Source: Chloroflexota bacterium (GTDB taxonomy: Bacteria; Chloroflexota; Dehalococcoidia; Lucifugimonadales; Lucifugimonadaceae). Taken from it: a stretch of DNA of 64,000 bases. This document shows, piece by piece, positions 19,301-28,362 of this stretch. The stretch lies in assembly GCA_002719295.1 (NCBI GenBank), contig PBHC01000012.1, forward strand, positions 84,676 through 148,675, read 5' to 3'. The position numbers and the translations under genes are program-made. Position 1 is the stretch's first letter. Every line of letters starts with the position of its first letter. Under the pieces are notes generated by a model. The model was not told the DNA's origin. It saw only the letters and a list, made by a program, of their open reading frames with translations, and searched no databases.

Positions 19301-19900
19301 AAGAGGGAGATTATTATTTTCACTTATTTCAAGTAATTTTTGATTAATAGTTTTTTGGTTTGGGACTCCTATATGATCCATTATTTCAAGATAAAATCTA
19401 TCTTTGAAAACATCTGAAAACCATCCATAGGTGTTTTTTATTTTTTCATCATCATTACTTACGATTGATCTTGAAAGTTCAGATGAAGGGCACCCAGAAA
19501 GAACTATTATTCCTTCATTGTATTGCTCTAGAATTTTTTTATCTATTCTAGGCTTGTAATAAAAACCATTTAAGTTAGCGTGGGTTACCATTTTCATTAG
19601 ATTTTGATAACCGGTTTCATTTTCTGATAGAAGAGTTAAATGGTATGGACTTTTTTCATCATTATTTTTTTTTAAGCTATCATCTATAGCACAATAAGCT
19701 TCTAATCCAATAATTGGTTTTATGTCATACTTTTTGGAAAGTTTATAAAATTCCACAGCTCCATACATATTACCGTGATCAGTAATTGCTATCGCAGGTT
19801 GATTATTAGACTTTACTCTAGATACCATTTTTTCTAGATTGCTCATCCCGTCTAGTAAGCTATATTCAGAATGATTATGTAAATGAACAAATGAATTCAA
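16349..19900 (-). CDS. dnaE: DNA polymerase III alpha subunit
   Basis: 1183 aa. PHP N-terminus FVHLHNHSEYSLLDG, palm/fingers motifs (MPDIDMDF, GLLKMDFLGL, FNKAHS) and a C-terminal OB region. Confidence 0.95.
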   Translation of the reverse strand: MNSFVHLHNHSEYSLLDGMSNLEKMVSRVKSNNQPAIAITDHGNMYGAVEFYKLSKKYDIKPIIGLEAYCAIDDSLKKNNDEKSPYHLTLLSENETGYQNLMKMVTHANLNGFYYKPRIDKKILEQYNEGIIVLSGCPSSELSRSIVSNDDEKIKNTYGWFSDVFKDRFYLEIMDHIGVPNQKTINQKLLEISENNNLPLVITNDNHYVEKQDHLAHELLMCLQTNSNINDPNRFKFDDDNYYIKSSEEMWEQWKELPSGLNNTLEISERCNIKLDFTKALLPKYDCPDNKSSMEYLRELSYKGFSKRFNENDPELIERLDYELEVIEKSKFPDYFLVCWDIFNFVNSKNILSAVRGSAAASLVLYCLEVTKINPMEHNLVFERFLNLERREMPDIDMDFEDDKRNEVMKYCVERYGKDHIAQIITFGTMGAKAAVRDVTRVLDLPISVGDKLAGIIPTKPGTKIKDALEIDDFKSLMNDSDNRKVVDFAQKLEGTVRHASTHAAGVVISQEDLTNDVPLQISTSGEENAPPTTQYAMAAIADVGLLKMDFLGLTNLSIISKTIELIEKRTGKDFNIYEISKTDEKTFELLSKGDTFGVFQLESAGMRKYIKDLKPSSISDIAAMIALYRPGPMEHIDRFIRSKYGKEKIKYPHDALKDILSETYGIIVYQDQVLKIAQAFGGYTLGEADILRKAMGKKIKEVMQAEKDRFISGSLSKGFDEKTSNEVFELIEPFAGYAFNKAHSVSYAMIAYWTAYFKANYKIEYFTALLNSSINNTDKISVCVSEIRKTELEIIKPNINNSNVYFSILSTEKGKIIGYGLSSLKNVSAASLSKIIDERKKSGPFESLGDFCKRIDSSWINKKILESLIKSGSFDDFGERGGLLDSVERILIQINSLTKLRNSNQSTMFDLFGDEVETPVNVIEIAETATQDNEKMHWEQEVMGISFTENPNHKKMLRIKEINEEIIVSLQQIDFIDINKPQTLIAEVKSYEKRVSRKGAEFMIVKLELTDGPIDLMVWQNKISEVDIWLHSPIAKIKGKINNRNGENSIWYDSGEIFSFEDQSNINNNLTNKTPIITKEEYKPNMKNEKTPIEEITDENINAVKEVIITVDSEKHSSNKHIMDDLTRILLDNEGNIPVSIIVKSSSEKVKLNLPFANVNTSKSLEEKLDTIIGLQNVFYKQ

Positions 19901-19998
19901 AAAAAATCTCTTTTACTAAAATTATTGAAAAAAAATTGAGTTAAATAGAGAATAAAATTTTCATACAAAATATTCATTAAATTTAGAGCTTTTTTTGA

Positions 19999-21258
19999 TC
20001 AATTATTTTTTTTTAGTGAAATTACTAATGGGATGGAAAAAATCATCATAAAAGTCAAAATATAGTAAGCGTACTTGTAATCCCCTGTAAAATCTTTTGT
20101 TAATCCAATCAACAATGGAGATAAAGTTCCAAATACTGCACCAACAGTATTTAATATTCCCACCATAGACCCATAATTTTTTCTTCCAAAATAATCAGCT
20201 GCTAATGTAAGCCTTAAAGGAACAGAGGATCCAAATCCTAGACCAAAAAAAATTACAAAAAGAATAATTCCTAAATTTTTATCTAGATATTCATACTCAT
20301 TTTGTGATCCTATAATACTTACTCCTAAAATCCCTATAGTAAGTAATGTAAAAGAAATAGTTAAAAGTTTTTTTCGATCGTATTTATCTGTTATAAATCC
20401 TACAATAATCCTACCTGAAATATCCCCCCACCATGAAAGTCCTATTATTGTTGCAGCAAAAGTGGTAGTCAATCCAAATTCTTTAAATGATGTTAGATGA
20501 AAAAGATTACTTGTAAATACAGATTGGCTAATCCCAGCAGCTATTGCTAATTTCCAAAAATTTCCATTTTTTAAAGCATCTTTTACTGAAAAGCCTGTGT
20601 TTCTTCCATCAATTGTTTCTTTAGAATTTGAGTTTAAACTTTGTTTTTCTCCATCAGGATATTGACCATAGTCTTCTGGATCTCCTCTCAAAACTAATGA
20701 TGTAGGAAAGCCTAGAATCCAAAATCCTAAACCAACGGAGAAAATCATATTTCTCCAACCAAATTCTTCTATTCCTAAAACGATCAAAGGAATAGTAATG
20801 CCACCAAGTCCTGCTCCTGACATTAAAATTGAAATTGCCTTACCCCTATTTTTCTGAAACCAATTTCCAACTACTGCTAAAAAAATTATAAAAGTCCCAA
20901 AAGACATTCCTAAAGTTAAAATTGTTATTGCGCAATAAAACTCCCACAAATTTTGCATTCTACTCATCCAAATGAATGACCCGCCTGTTAAAAAAATCCC
21001 AAATGCCATAACTCTCTTTGGTCCAAACTTTTTAATAACTGTTCCTACAAATGGGGATATCAAACCACTTTCAGATCTTTGTATAGAAACTGCTGCCCCG
21101 GTTGCGGCTGTACTCCAACCGAAAGTACTTAGAATTGCATCAAAAAAAGGAGGGAAACCTCTCCAAAATACTGCAGAGGAATACCATTGCACTATTCCTG
21201 CACTTAATACTATCCACCAACCATAAAATATATTTGGTTTTCTTATTTTAGAGGGCAA
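19999..21258 (-). CDS. MFS transporter (oxalate/formate antiporter-like subfamily)
   Basis: 419 aa, about 12 TM helices, YGWWIVL N-terminal signature. A central cytoplasmic loop separates two 6-TM halves. Confidence 0.85.
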   Translation of the reverse strand: MPSKIRKPNIFYGWWIVLSAGIVQWYSSAVFWRGFPPFFDAILSTFGWSTAATGAAVSIQRSESGLISPFVGTVIKKFGPKRVMAFGIFLTGGSFIWMSRMQNLWEFYCAITILTLGMSFGTFIIFLAVVGNWFQKNRGKAISILMSGAGLGGITIPLIVLGIEEFGWRNMIFSVGLGFWILGFPTSLVLRGDPEDYGQYPDGEKQSLNSNSKETIDGRNTGFSVKDALKNGNFWKLAIAAGISQSVFTSNLFHLTSFKEFGLTTTFAATIIGLSWWGDISGRIIVGFITDKYDRKKLLTISFTLLTIGILGVSIIGSQNEYEYLDKNLGIILFVIFFGLGFGSSVPLRLTLAADYFGRKNYGSMVGILNTVGAVFGTLSPLLIGLTKDFTGDYKYAYYILTFMMIFSIPLVISLKKNN

Positions 21259-22024
21259 TTATTCCATATCCTCCGTCTACAGGAATAATGCTACCGGTGA
21301 TTCCACTTGATAAGTCACTTATAAGAAATAGTGCAGTATTTGCCACCTCTTCATGAGTTATAGGTCTCTTTATAGGAGATCTTTCTTCATGAGCTTTTCT
21401 CATTTGTACAAATCCAGGTATGCTTCTTGCAGATAAGGATGGAAGAGGTCCTGCTGAAATAGAGTTAAACCTTATTTGTCTTGGACCAAATTCTGATGAT
21501 AATTGTCTGTTGATATTTTCTAAAGCTGCTTTTGCGGTCCCCATTACGTTATAGCCAGGATAAACTCTTGTTGAAGCATCAAAAGTCATAGAAATCACTG
21601 ATCCTCCATTTTTAGAAAAATATTTTGAGGCTTCTCTTGCTATAGTTACTAATGAGTAAGAGCTAGTTTCCAATGCTAATGAAAATCCATCTTTTGATAA
21701 GTTAGAAAAATCTCCTCCTAAGTCCTCTCTATTAGCAAAAGCTACCGAATGAACTATAAAATCTATTTCTCCGTATTTATCATGGAATGTTTTCATTACA
21801 TTTTTCACTTCAGACTCATTATTTGCATCACATTTAATTAATAATGAATCATTATTTTCAAGTAGGTTATTTATATTTTTTAGAAGCCTTTCATCTAAAT
21901 AAGTAAAAGCCAGTTGAGCTCCTGCCTCCATAAGCTTTTCCGAAATAGACCAAGCAATAGACCTTTGATTTGCTAGGCCAAATATTATTCCTTTTTTATT
22001 TGATAAATCTATATTTATTGCCAT
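21248..22024 (-). CDS. fabI: Enoyl-ACP reductase (NADH), FabI type
   Basis: 258 aa. It can be aligned along its whole length to E. coli FabI as I recall it (GLANQRSIAWSI, FIVHSVAF, YNVMGTAKAALE, NSISAGP, DGGY). Its 3' end overlaps the MFS start by 11 nt. Confidence 0.9.
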   Translation of the reverse strand: MAINIDLSNKKGIIFGLANQRSIAWSISEKLMEAGAQLAFTYLDERLLKNINNLLENNDSLLIKCDANNESEVKNVMKTFHDKYGEIDFIVHSVAFANREDLGGDFSNLSKDGFSLALETSSYSLVTIAREASKYFSKNGGSVISMTFDASTRVYPGYNVMGTAKAALENINRQLSSEFGPRQIRFNSISAGPLPSLSARSIPGFVQMRKAHEERSPIKRPITHEEVANTALFLISDLSSGITGSIIPVDGGYGIIAL

Positions 22025-22030
22025 TTCTTC

Positions 22031-22789
22031 CTACTTTCTATAATTTTCTGCATTTTCAACAGGTTGATATCCAATTTTTTTATAGGCATTTTCTATATCC
22101 CAAAAGCGCCATTTATTATTCGAAACTCCATAGAATATTTCGAAACCAAGTTTAGAACTTAAGCTTTTTTCAACTAATTGAGCTATATCTTTATGAGAAA
22201 GCCATGTTGCAAAATGTCTAATTGAATTTGTTGGTGTATCTACTTTTTGAACAGTTCCAATTCTTAAGTTTATTGATTCTATGCCATGTTCCTCAAAGTA
22301 AAACCTTCCCATAGATTCACCATAAGCTTTTGAAATACCATAGTAGGAATCAGGTCTTATCGGGACATTATGATCAATTACAGGAATATTATTATGGTCA
22401 ATATTTTCATAGTTTCCTTTTACTATCTGCTTATACGGATCATCATTTTCGAACAAGCCGACAGCATGATTAGAACTTGCAAAAATAACCTTTTTTACTT
22501 TATTTATTCTTGCTGATTCATAAACATTTCTGGTTGATTCAATATTATTTTTTAATACTAAATCCCAATTTGAATCTACACTAACTACAGCTCCTAAGTG
22601 AATTATTGAGAAAGAGCCTTCAGACCCTGATAATACATCATTATAATTATTCATATCTCCAACAATAGTTTCTGATGATTTTTTTGAATTATTAATATCT
22701 AGATTTAGGATTTCATAATCTTTTTTTAAATGATTATTTAATATAGATCCTATTAATCCAGAGCCTCCAGTAATAAATAGTTTTTTCAT
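22031..22789 (-). CDS. NAD-dependent extended SDR, uronate dehydrogenase (Udh)-like
   Basis: GGSGLIGS, FASSNHAVG, YGISKAYGE, LRIGT and TWLSHKD follow the Agrobacterium Udh pattern (FASSNHTIG, YGVSKCFGE, VRIGS, TWFSHDD) as I recall it. Confidence 0.7.
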   Translation of the reverse strand: MKKLFITGGSGLIGSILNNHLKKDYEILNLDINNSKKSSETIVGDMNNYNDVLSGSEGSFSIIHLGAVVSVDSNWDLVLKNNIESTRNVYESARINKVKKVIFASSNHAVGLFENDDPYKQIVKGNYENIDHNNIPVIDHNVPIRPDSYYGISKAYGESMGRFYFEEHGIESINLRIGTVQKVDTPTNSIRHFATWLSHKDIAQLVEKSLSSKLGFEIFYGVSNNKWRFWDIENAYKKIGYQPVENAENYRK

Positions 22790-22803
22790 AAATGCCTTTT
22801 TGA

Positions 22804-23871
22804 TTAAGAATCAAAATTTATAATAGACCTGCCTGTTATTTTTCCATTATGAAGGTCATCACATGCTTTATTGATTTCTTCTAATTTATATTCTTTAGTC
22901 ACAAGCTTATCTAATGGGAATTTCCCTTCTTCATAAAGTCTCAAATACATTTGGAAATCTTTATCAGGATATGTTGCTCCTAATGATCCTCTAAATTGTC
23001 TTTGATGAAACATAAAATGTCCTGGATCTAAAGTCATTTCTTTCCCTGGCATACCTACTAGAACAGCCATTCCTCCAATATTTTCAGCTCCAGATCCTCC
23101 GCCTCTAACACTTGGTAAAATTTGTTCATTTGTTATTCTTAATCCAATCGTATCAAATGAGAAATCAGACCCTCCTGATGTAATTTCATGAATAGCTTCA
23201 ACAGGATCTTCTTTTTTGGAATTAATAGTATGTGTAGCTCCAAATTTTTTCGCAAAGTCTAATTTTTCATCAGAAATATCTACCGCTATTCTTGGATAGG
23301 CTTCTAATATTTTAGCCATAATTAAAGATGACAATCCTACTCCACCTACTCCAAAAATTGCTACAGATTCTTCTGGTCTAACTTTGGCAGTATGTAAAAC
23401 TGCCCCTGCTCCAGTTAGTACTGCACACCCAACAATTGATGAATTATATTTATCTGATGATTTTGGTACCTTCACTACATAACCTGATCTAACCAATACA
23501 TGTTCCCCCCAAGTATATGTGGCACCATTTAAAGGAGCTTCGTTGTAAGTCACACCTGTTGGTGGAAACACAGGTCTACCTTTAACTGGCTCTCTGTTCA
23601 CCCAAGTTACAATAGCCAAGTCTCCTTCCTCAAGATGAGTAACATCAGATCCTTTAGCTATAACTGTTCCAGTTCCTTCATGCCCTAATAAACTTGGAGT
23701 TGGACTATCAGGATTATGCATTTGGTGTAACTGGCTATGGCAAACTCCACTAGAATGTAGTTTGACTATTACTTGATCTGGTCTTGGATCTGGAATCTGA
23801 ATGTTGTCTACAGTTAAATTTTTTCCGTATTCTGTATGAATTGCAGCTTTACTTTCCATAAAAAACTCCAT
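22804..23871 (-). CDS. Zn-dependent alcohol dehydrogenase family oxidoreductase
   Basis: GVCHSQLH and GHEGTGTV Zn-ligand motifs plus a GVGGVG Rossmann motif. The start may instead be the internal ATG at 23859. Confidence 0.85.
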   Translation of the reverse strand: MEFFMESKAAIHTEYGKNLTVDNIQIPDPRPDQVIVKLHSSGVCHSQLHQMHNPDSPTPSLLGHEGTGTVIAKGSDVTHLEEGDLAIVTWVNREPVKGRPVFPPTGVTYNEAPLNGATYTWGEHVLVRSGYVVKVPKSSDKYNSSIVGCAVLTGAGAVLHTAKVRPEESVAIFGVGGVGLSSLIMAKILEAYPRIAVDISDEKLDFAKKFGATHTINSKKEDPVEAIHEITSGGSDFSFDTIGLRITNEQILPSVRGGGSGAENIGGMAVLVGMPGKEMTLDPGHFMFHQRQFRGSLGATYPDKDFQMYLRLYEEGKFPLDKLVTKEYKLEEINKACDDLHNGKITGRSIINFDS

Positions 23872-23948
23872 ATTAATTTGATTTAAATTTACTATGTTTT
23901 TTGGGAATTTACTATTTAGAAAAAGCTTTAAATTGATAAAATATTAGT

Positions 23949-25031
23949 ATGAAAAGAATTTTATTAATATTTACACTTGTATTCTTTGTAGCATGTGCGC
24001 AAAACCAAGTAGATGACTCTGTAATAGATGACACTCCAATAACAGTTAATCCTATGGTGAACTTTAAGTCTTTCATTTTAGAATTACCAGAAGCTGAACA
24101 AAGCTGTTTTTATGAAAAATTTTCTAATGAAAAATCTGCTATTGATTTTTATTCAGAAACTTCCTTCCCAAATCCTGAAATATCAGATTGTTTGTCTCAA
24201 AATTCTAATTTTAGAATAATTCAAGGTATTTTAATTAATAGCAATATTAATTTATCTCAAGAAGAGTTGTTATGTATAAAGTCAAATAATCAAAATGAAA
24301 AATTCGATTATTTAAGAGAATCCTTTGGAACTCCTGTTTTTACATATTCTCTTGGAACGTTATTTTGCTTAAATGAAACTTCTCGAAATATTTATGATTC
24401 ATCTAAAAATGGTAATTTATTTGAAGGAATTATTGATAATAAGCCTTTAGCATCTATCTTGCCAAAAAATATAAATGCTTTGGAGTGCTTTGCCACTACT
24501 TCAGGAGATGAAGATAATTCTTTTGAAAGCACTAAAGAAGCTCTTGGTTTTATATATTCAAGTGGAGGATTATTTCCTATTCAAATTTTTTCAGATATTT
24601 CAAACTTGGCAGATTGTATTGAAATTCCTAAAGAATTGGTTGAAATAGGTCTGAATGAATCATCTGCAGAATGCTTATCTTTTAAATTGGGAGATATTTT
24701 TTCAGATCCTTTGAATCCATCTTTAACGGACCTCCCTAATATAATTGTTGAATTAGAAAGTTGTTATATTGATGCTGAAGCATTGTTAAGATACTTCGAG
24801 TTTGATTTGCCAGAATCTGATATCACCATGGAAGAGCAAAATATCCCTGAGGAGGCATTAGCTGACGAAAGATTTATATGCTTTTCACAAGAATTAGATA
24901 TAAATGATGTTTTAGAATTTTTATATACTAGAAAATTAACCTCAAAAGCATTAAGTTCAGCAGAGAATTGTGGAATAAGTAAAGAAGAAATTGAATCAAT
25001 CGATCTTTCTGAACTTTTAGAAAATAATTAG
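23949..25031 (+). CDS. Acidic Cys-repeat lipoprotein, function unknown
   Basis: Signal peptide with lipobox (LVFFVA-C). The mature part has 10 Cys in a recurring E-x(0-3)-C-[FLIY] context. Confidence 0.6.
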   Translation: MKRILLIFTLVFFVACAQNQVDDSVIDDTPITVNPMVNFKSFILELPEAEQSCFYEKFSNEKSAIDFYSETSFPNPEISDCLSQNSNFRIIQGILINSNINLSQEELLCIKSNNQNEKFDYLRESFGTPVFTYSLGTLFCLNETSRNIYDSSKNGNLFEGIIDNKPLASILPKNINALECFATTSGDEDNSFESTKEALGFIYSSGGLFPIQIFSDISNLADCIEIPKELVEIGLNESSAECLSFKLGDIFSDPLNPSLTDLPNIIVELESCYIDAEALLRYFEFDLPESDITMEEQNIPEEALADERFICFSQELDINDVLEFLYTRKLTSKALSSAENCGISKEEIESIDLSELLENN

Positions 25032-25043
25032 TATAATTACGAT

Positions 25044-26000
25044 ATGAAAATCAATATCGATAAAAATTCCGATCTAGTAATTGCAGCAGACATTGGAGGT
25101 ACTAATATCCGTGTAGCTTTAGTCGACTTATCTGGAAAAATATTAGATAAAACTAAAGTTGAATATAAGCCGTCTTTGGGAATAGAAAAAGCAGGAGATC
25201 TTATATCAGAAATGATTATAAAAATCTCTAAAACAGAATCTATTAGAGGAATGGGTTACTCTTCAGCAGGACCCCTTGACCAAATCACAGGAAAATATAT
25301 AAATCCTCCTAACCTAACTGGGTGGCATGACAAATCATTGATTCCGTTTATAGAGAGAAATTTAGGAATTGTTTCAAAAGTAGGGCATGATGCTACATTG
25401 GCAGCATTAGCGGAAACAAAATTTGGTGAATTTACTGGATCTAAAGATATAGTATATTTAACAGTTTCAACAGGTGTCGGAGCAGGAATGATATCTAATG
25501 GAAATATGATTCAAGGCCATAATTGGTTCGCTGGAGAGGTTGGTCACATCATAATTAATCCTAATGGTCATAGATGCTCTCTTGGGTGTCCAGGATGTCT
25601 TGAAGGAAATGTTTCCGGTACTGCTATAGCATCAATTGCAAAACAAAGATTAAAAAAATATAAAAGTAAAATTTTAAATGATTATTCAGATAATGAAATA
25701 AATTCTAAGCTTGTTTTTGATTATGCAAGAAGAGGAGATTTATTGTGTAAAGAAATTTTGTTTGATGTCATAGAAAATTTAGGTAGAGGCTTAGCTTCTT
25801 TATTAGCGGTATTAAATCCTGAAATTATAATATTAGGAGGATCTGTTGCTGAGGCTATAAATAATAATTATTCTGATGTTCTTATAAAATCAGTCTCAAA
25901 ATATTGCATTGAATTTTATAAAGAATCTCCTCCAATAAGAATGACTAAATTAGGAGAAAATGCATCTATTTTAGGAGCCTCAATAATTGCTCAAAATTAA
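25044..26000 (+). CDS. ROK-family sugar kinase (glucokinase-like)
   Basis: AADIGGTNIRVAL ATP-binding motif, GAG loop and ROK zinc motif GHIIINPNGHRCSLGCPGCLE. Confidence 0.85.
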   Translation: MKINIDKNSDLVIAADIGGTNIRVALVDLSGKILDKTKVEYKPSLGIEKAGDLISEMIIKISKTESIRGMGYSSAGPLDQITGKYINPPNLTGWHDKSLIPFIERNLGIVSKVGHDATLAALAETKFGEFTGSKDIVYLTVSTGVGAGMISNGNMIQGHNWFAGEVGHIIINPNGHRCSLGCPGCLEGNVSGTAIASIAKQRLKKYKSKILNDYSDNEINSKLVFDYARRGDLLCKEILFDVIENLGRGLASLLAVLNPEIIILGGSVAEAINNNYSDVLIKSVSKYCIEFYKESPPIRMTKLGENASILGASIIAQN

Positions 26001-27061
26001 TCGTCAATATCAGGTTGGTCGATAGGTTTTTCATAATCAGCCAATGATTTTATAGGATCGTCAATATCGTCATCAATTGCATCTGGGGCAATGAATGATG
26101 TCCCATCAGCGTTTAATGATCCCCATCCTTCAATCTCAGCGGCGTTGTATTCATCAAAATCTTTTTCATAATCTTCTTTAATGTTTTTTTCAGTCTCCTC
26201 TGAAATATCATTTGGATTAGCAGAAATCAATTCTTCATCAGCCTTTATTTCAGATAGTTTTTCTTTACTTAGTGTCACAATTTCAGGTTCACTCGAAAAC
26301 TTTAAATTATCCAAAATGCTTTTAGCGTAAACACCACCAATATTTGAAATTCCGTTTACAGCTGCTTTTTGAGTTTCTAATTCTTCATCCTCTAATAAAT
26401 CTTTTATTTGATCTAAATTTTCTTCATTCCCAATTAAACTTAAAGAATTGCAAGCCTCTGACCTTATTTTAAAGTTGTCATGATCTAACATTTCTTCTAT
26501 TAGAGGAATCCATTTAATATCTCCGTTATTTCCCATTGAAGTAATTGCACAAATCAAATCTTCATCCCCATTTGAACTATATTTTTCTAAAATCAAGGTT
26601 TCTATATCAGGATTTTTTATAAAACTTAAACTTTGAATCATTAAGTTCTTATGTTTTTCAGATTTTGATGATTTTACGAAGTTCAATCCAAATTCCATTA
26701 GTCTTTTTAACTGTTTATTTTTTGAAACATAATTAGAAATCCAATTTCCAAATATAATAATTGCTTGTGTTTTTATATCATCATCTTTTTCTAGTGTAAT
26801 AATATTTCTAATTTTTTGTAGTGAAGAAATATCAGAACTTTTTGTAAGATACTTAGTACTAATTTTTCTGATTTTATTATTTTCATGATCTAAAAATTTC
26901 AAAATAAAATCTTCAAAATCATAACCTTTGTTTTCATTTTCAAAAATTATCATTTCTTCTAAAAAATTTATAATTTTTTCTACGTTAAATTTAATTATTT
27001 TTGTATAATTTTCTTCGTAGGTTTCGAAATTTACTTTTGAAAAATCTATTCCATATGTCAT
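25997..27061 (-). CDS. HEAT-repeat protein with strongly acidic C-terminal tail
   Basis: Repeated D/N-x-x-x-IR-x-x-A-x-x-L/I-G HEAT-like units (DHDNFKIRSEACNSLSLIG, ETQKAAVNGISNIGG). The last ~90 aa are Asp/Glu rich. ATGA overlap with pmbA. Confidence 0.55.
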   Translation of the reverse strand: MTYGIDFSKVNFETYEENYTKIIKFNVEKIINFLEEMIIFENENKGYDFEDFILKFLDHENNKIRKISTKYLTKSSDISSLQKIRNIITLEKDDDIKTQAIIIFGNWISNYVSKNKQLKRLMEFGLNFVKSSKSEKHKNLMIQSLSFIKNPDIETLILEKYSSNGDEDLICAITSMGNNGDIKWIPLIEEMLDHDNFKIRSEACNSLSLIGNEENLDQIKDLLEDEELETQKAAVNGISNIGGVYAKSILDNLKFSSEPEIVTLSKEKLSEIKADEELISANPNDISEETEKNIKEDYEKDFDEYNAAEIEGWGSLNADGTSFIAPDAIDDDIDDPIKSLADYEKPIDQPDIDD

Positions 27062-28362
27062 GATGAAATCTCAACATTACTAGTTTGTAAAAAAGGTAAT
27101 TCTAATGATCCATACACAATTTCATTTTCTTTGCTTATACTATCAACTTTATTAAGAGCATTGAAAGAGTTTCCAGAAATCATCGTGTTTTTTACTCTTC
27201 CTACTAGTTTTCCTTTTTCAATTTTATATCCAAGTGATATGTTGGCACTAAAATCTCCTGAAAGTTCATTGCCTTGTCCTGCCCCAAGAAGATGATCTAC
27301 TAAAATACCTTCATCAATTTGTTCAATCATTTTATTAAATGAGGTATCTCCGGTATTCATTATGAGATTAGAAATACTAGGGAAAGTATTTGAATGCACT
27401 GATCGTACTGCGGAACCTGTTGATTCGCAATTATACTCGTTGGCTGTTTTTAGATCAAAAATCCCTGAAATAAACTTTCCGTTTTTTATTAAGGTATTTA
27501 TTTTACTTGGAATTCCCTCACCATCATAATTTCTAGATGATGTACTAAAATCTATTAATGGATTATCTACAACTGTTATTTTATTATCAAAAATATCTTC
27601 ATTTTCTTTATTGGATAGCTTAGATAGATTTTTTGATAGATTGGTGCCATTAAATGAAACAAGTAAAGGGGATAAAATTGTTTGATAAAGTCCGTGGGGT
27701 GTGAAAATTATAGGGCAACCATTTTTAGGTGTTTCTTTTATGTTTTGTGCGATAGATAAGTTTTCTATCAATTTGCTGGTTAATTTATCTACAACTTCAT
27801 CTTCAATATTTTTTACTGAACTTGCATAGTTATATATATTCAACATATCATTTCCATTTATAGTTTGTGCGGAAATAAAAAAACTTATTCCTGATTCATT
27901 TGATTCAAGACTTAGGCCATTAGAATTTTTTAAAAATGATTTTCCTTTACCTAGATCGAACTCTGCATCACATAATGCATCTGGAAATTTATTTAATATT
28001 TTTTTTATGTTTTTATCTAACTTGTCTATAAAAAAATTATTTTCTAATAAGAATTCTTCTTCTGAATAAATTAAGGCTTTATTTTCAGATAGTTTTTTCT
28101 TTGGAAATTTTATATTTGTTTTTGTAGGGAAATCACTTAATTCTAGAAAATTTGAACCAAATTTTTCTAAATCATAATTACTAGATGATGAGAAAGTTAA
28201 ACCAGAGTCTTTTATTGCTCTGACCGCAAAGCCTTTTGACTGCTTAATTGAAATTTCTTTTAATTTATTCGATTCAAATCCTATGCTTTTATACTCATTT
28301 TCTTCTTCATAAATTTCATGTTGTTCAAAATGATTATTTAATAATTTTTCAATCTTTTTCAT
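27058..28362 (-). CDS. pmbA: PmbA/TldE metalloprotease partner subunit
   Basis: 434 aa PmbA_TldD-family protein lacking the HExxH motif. Translationally coupled (TAATG) to tldD. Confidence 0.85.
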   Translation of the reverse strand: MKKIEKLLNNHFEQHEIYEEENEYKSIGFESNKLKEISIKQSKGFAVRAIKDSGLTFSSSSNYDLEKFGSNFLELSDFPTKTNIKFPKKKLSENKALIYSEEEFLLENNFFIDKLDKNIKKILNKFPDALCDAEFDLGKGKSFLKNSNGLSLESNESGISFFISAQTINGNDMLNIYNYASSVKNIEDEVVDKLTSKLIENLSIAQNIKETPKNGCPIIFTPHGLYQTILSPLLVSFNGTNLSKNLSKLSNKENEDIFDNKITVVDNPLIDFSTSSRNYDGEGIPSKINTLIKNGKFISGIFDLKTANEYNCESTGSAVRSVHSNTFPSISNLIMNTGDTSFNKMIEQIDEGILVDHLLGAGQGNELSGDFSANISLGYKIEKGKLVGRVKNTMISGNSFNALNKVDSISKENEIVYGSLELPFLQTSNVEISS

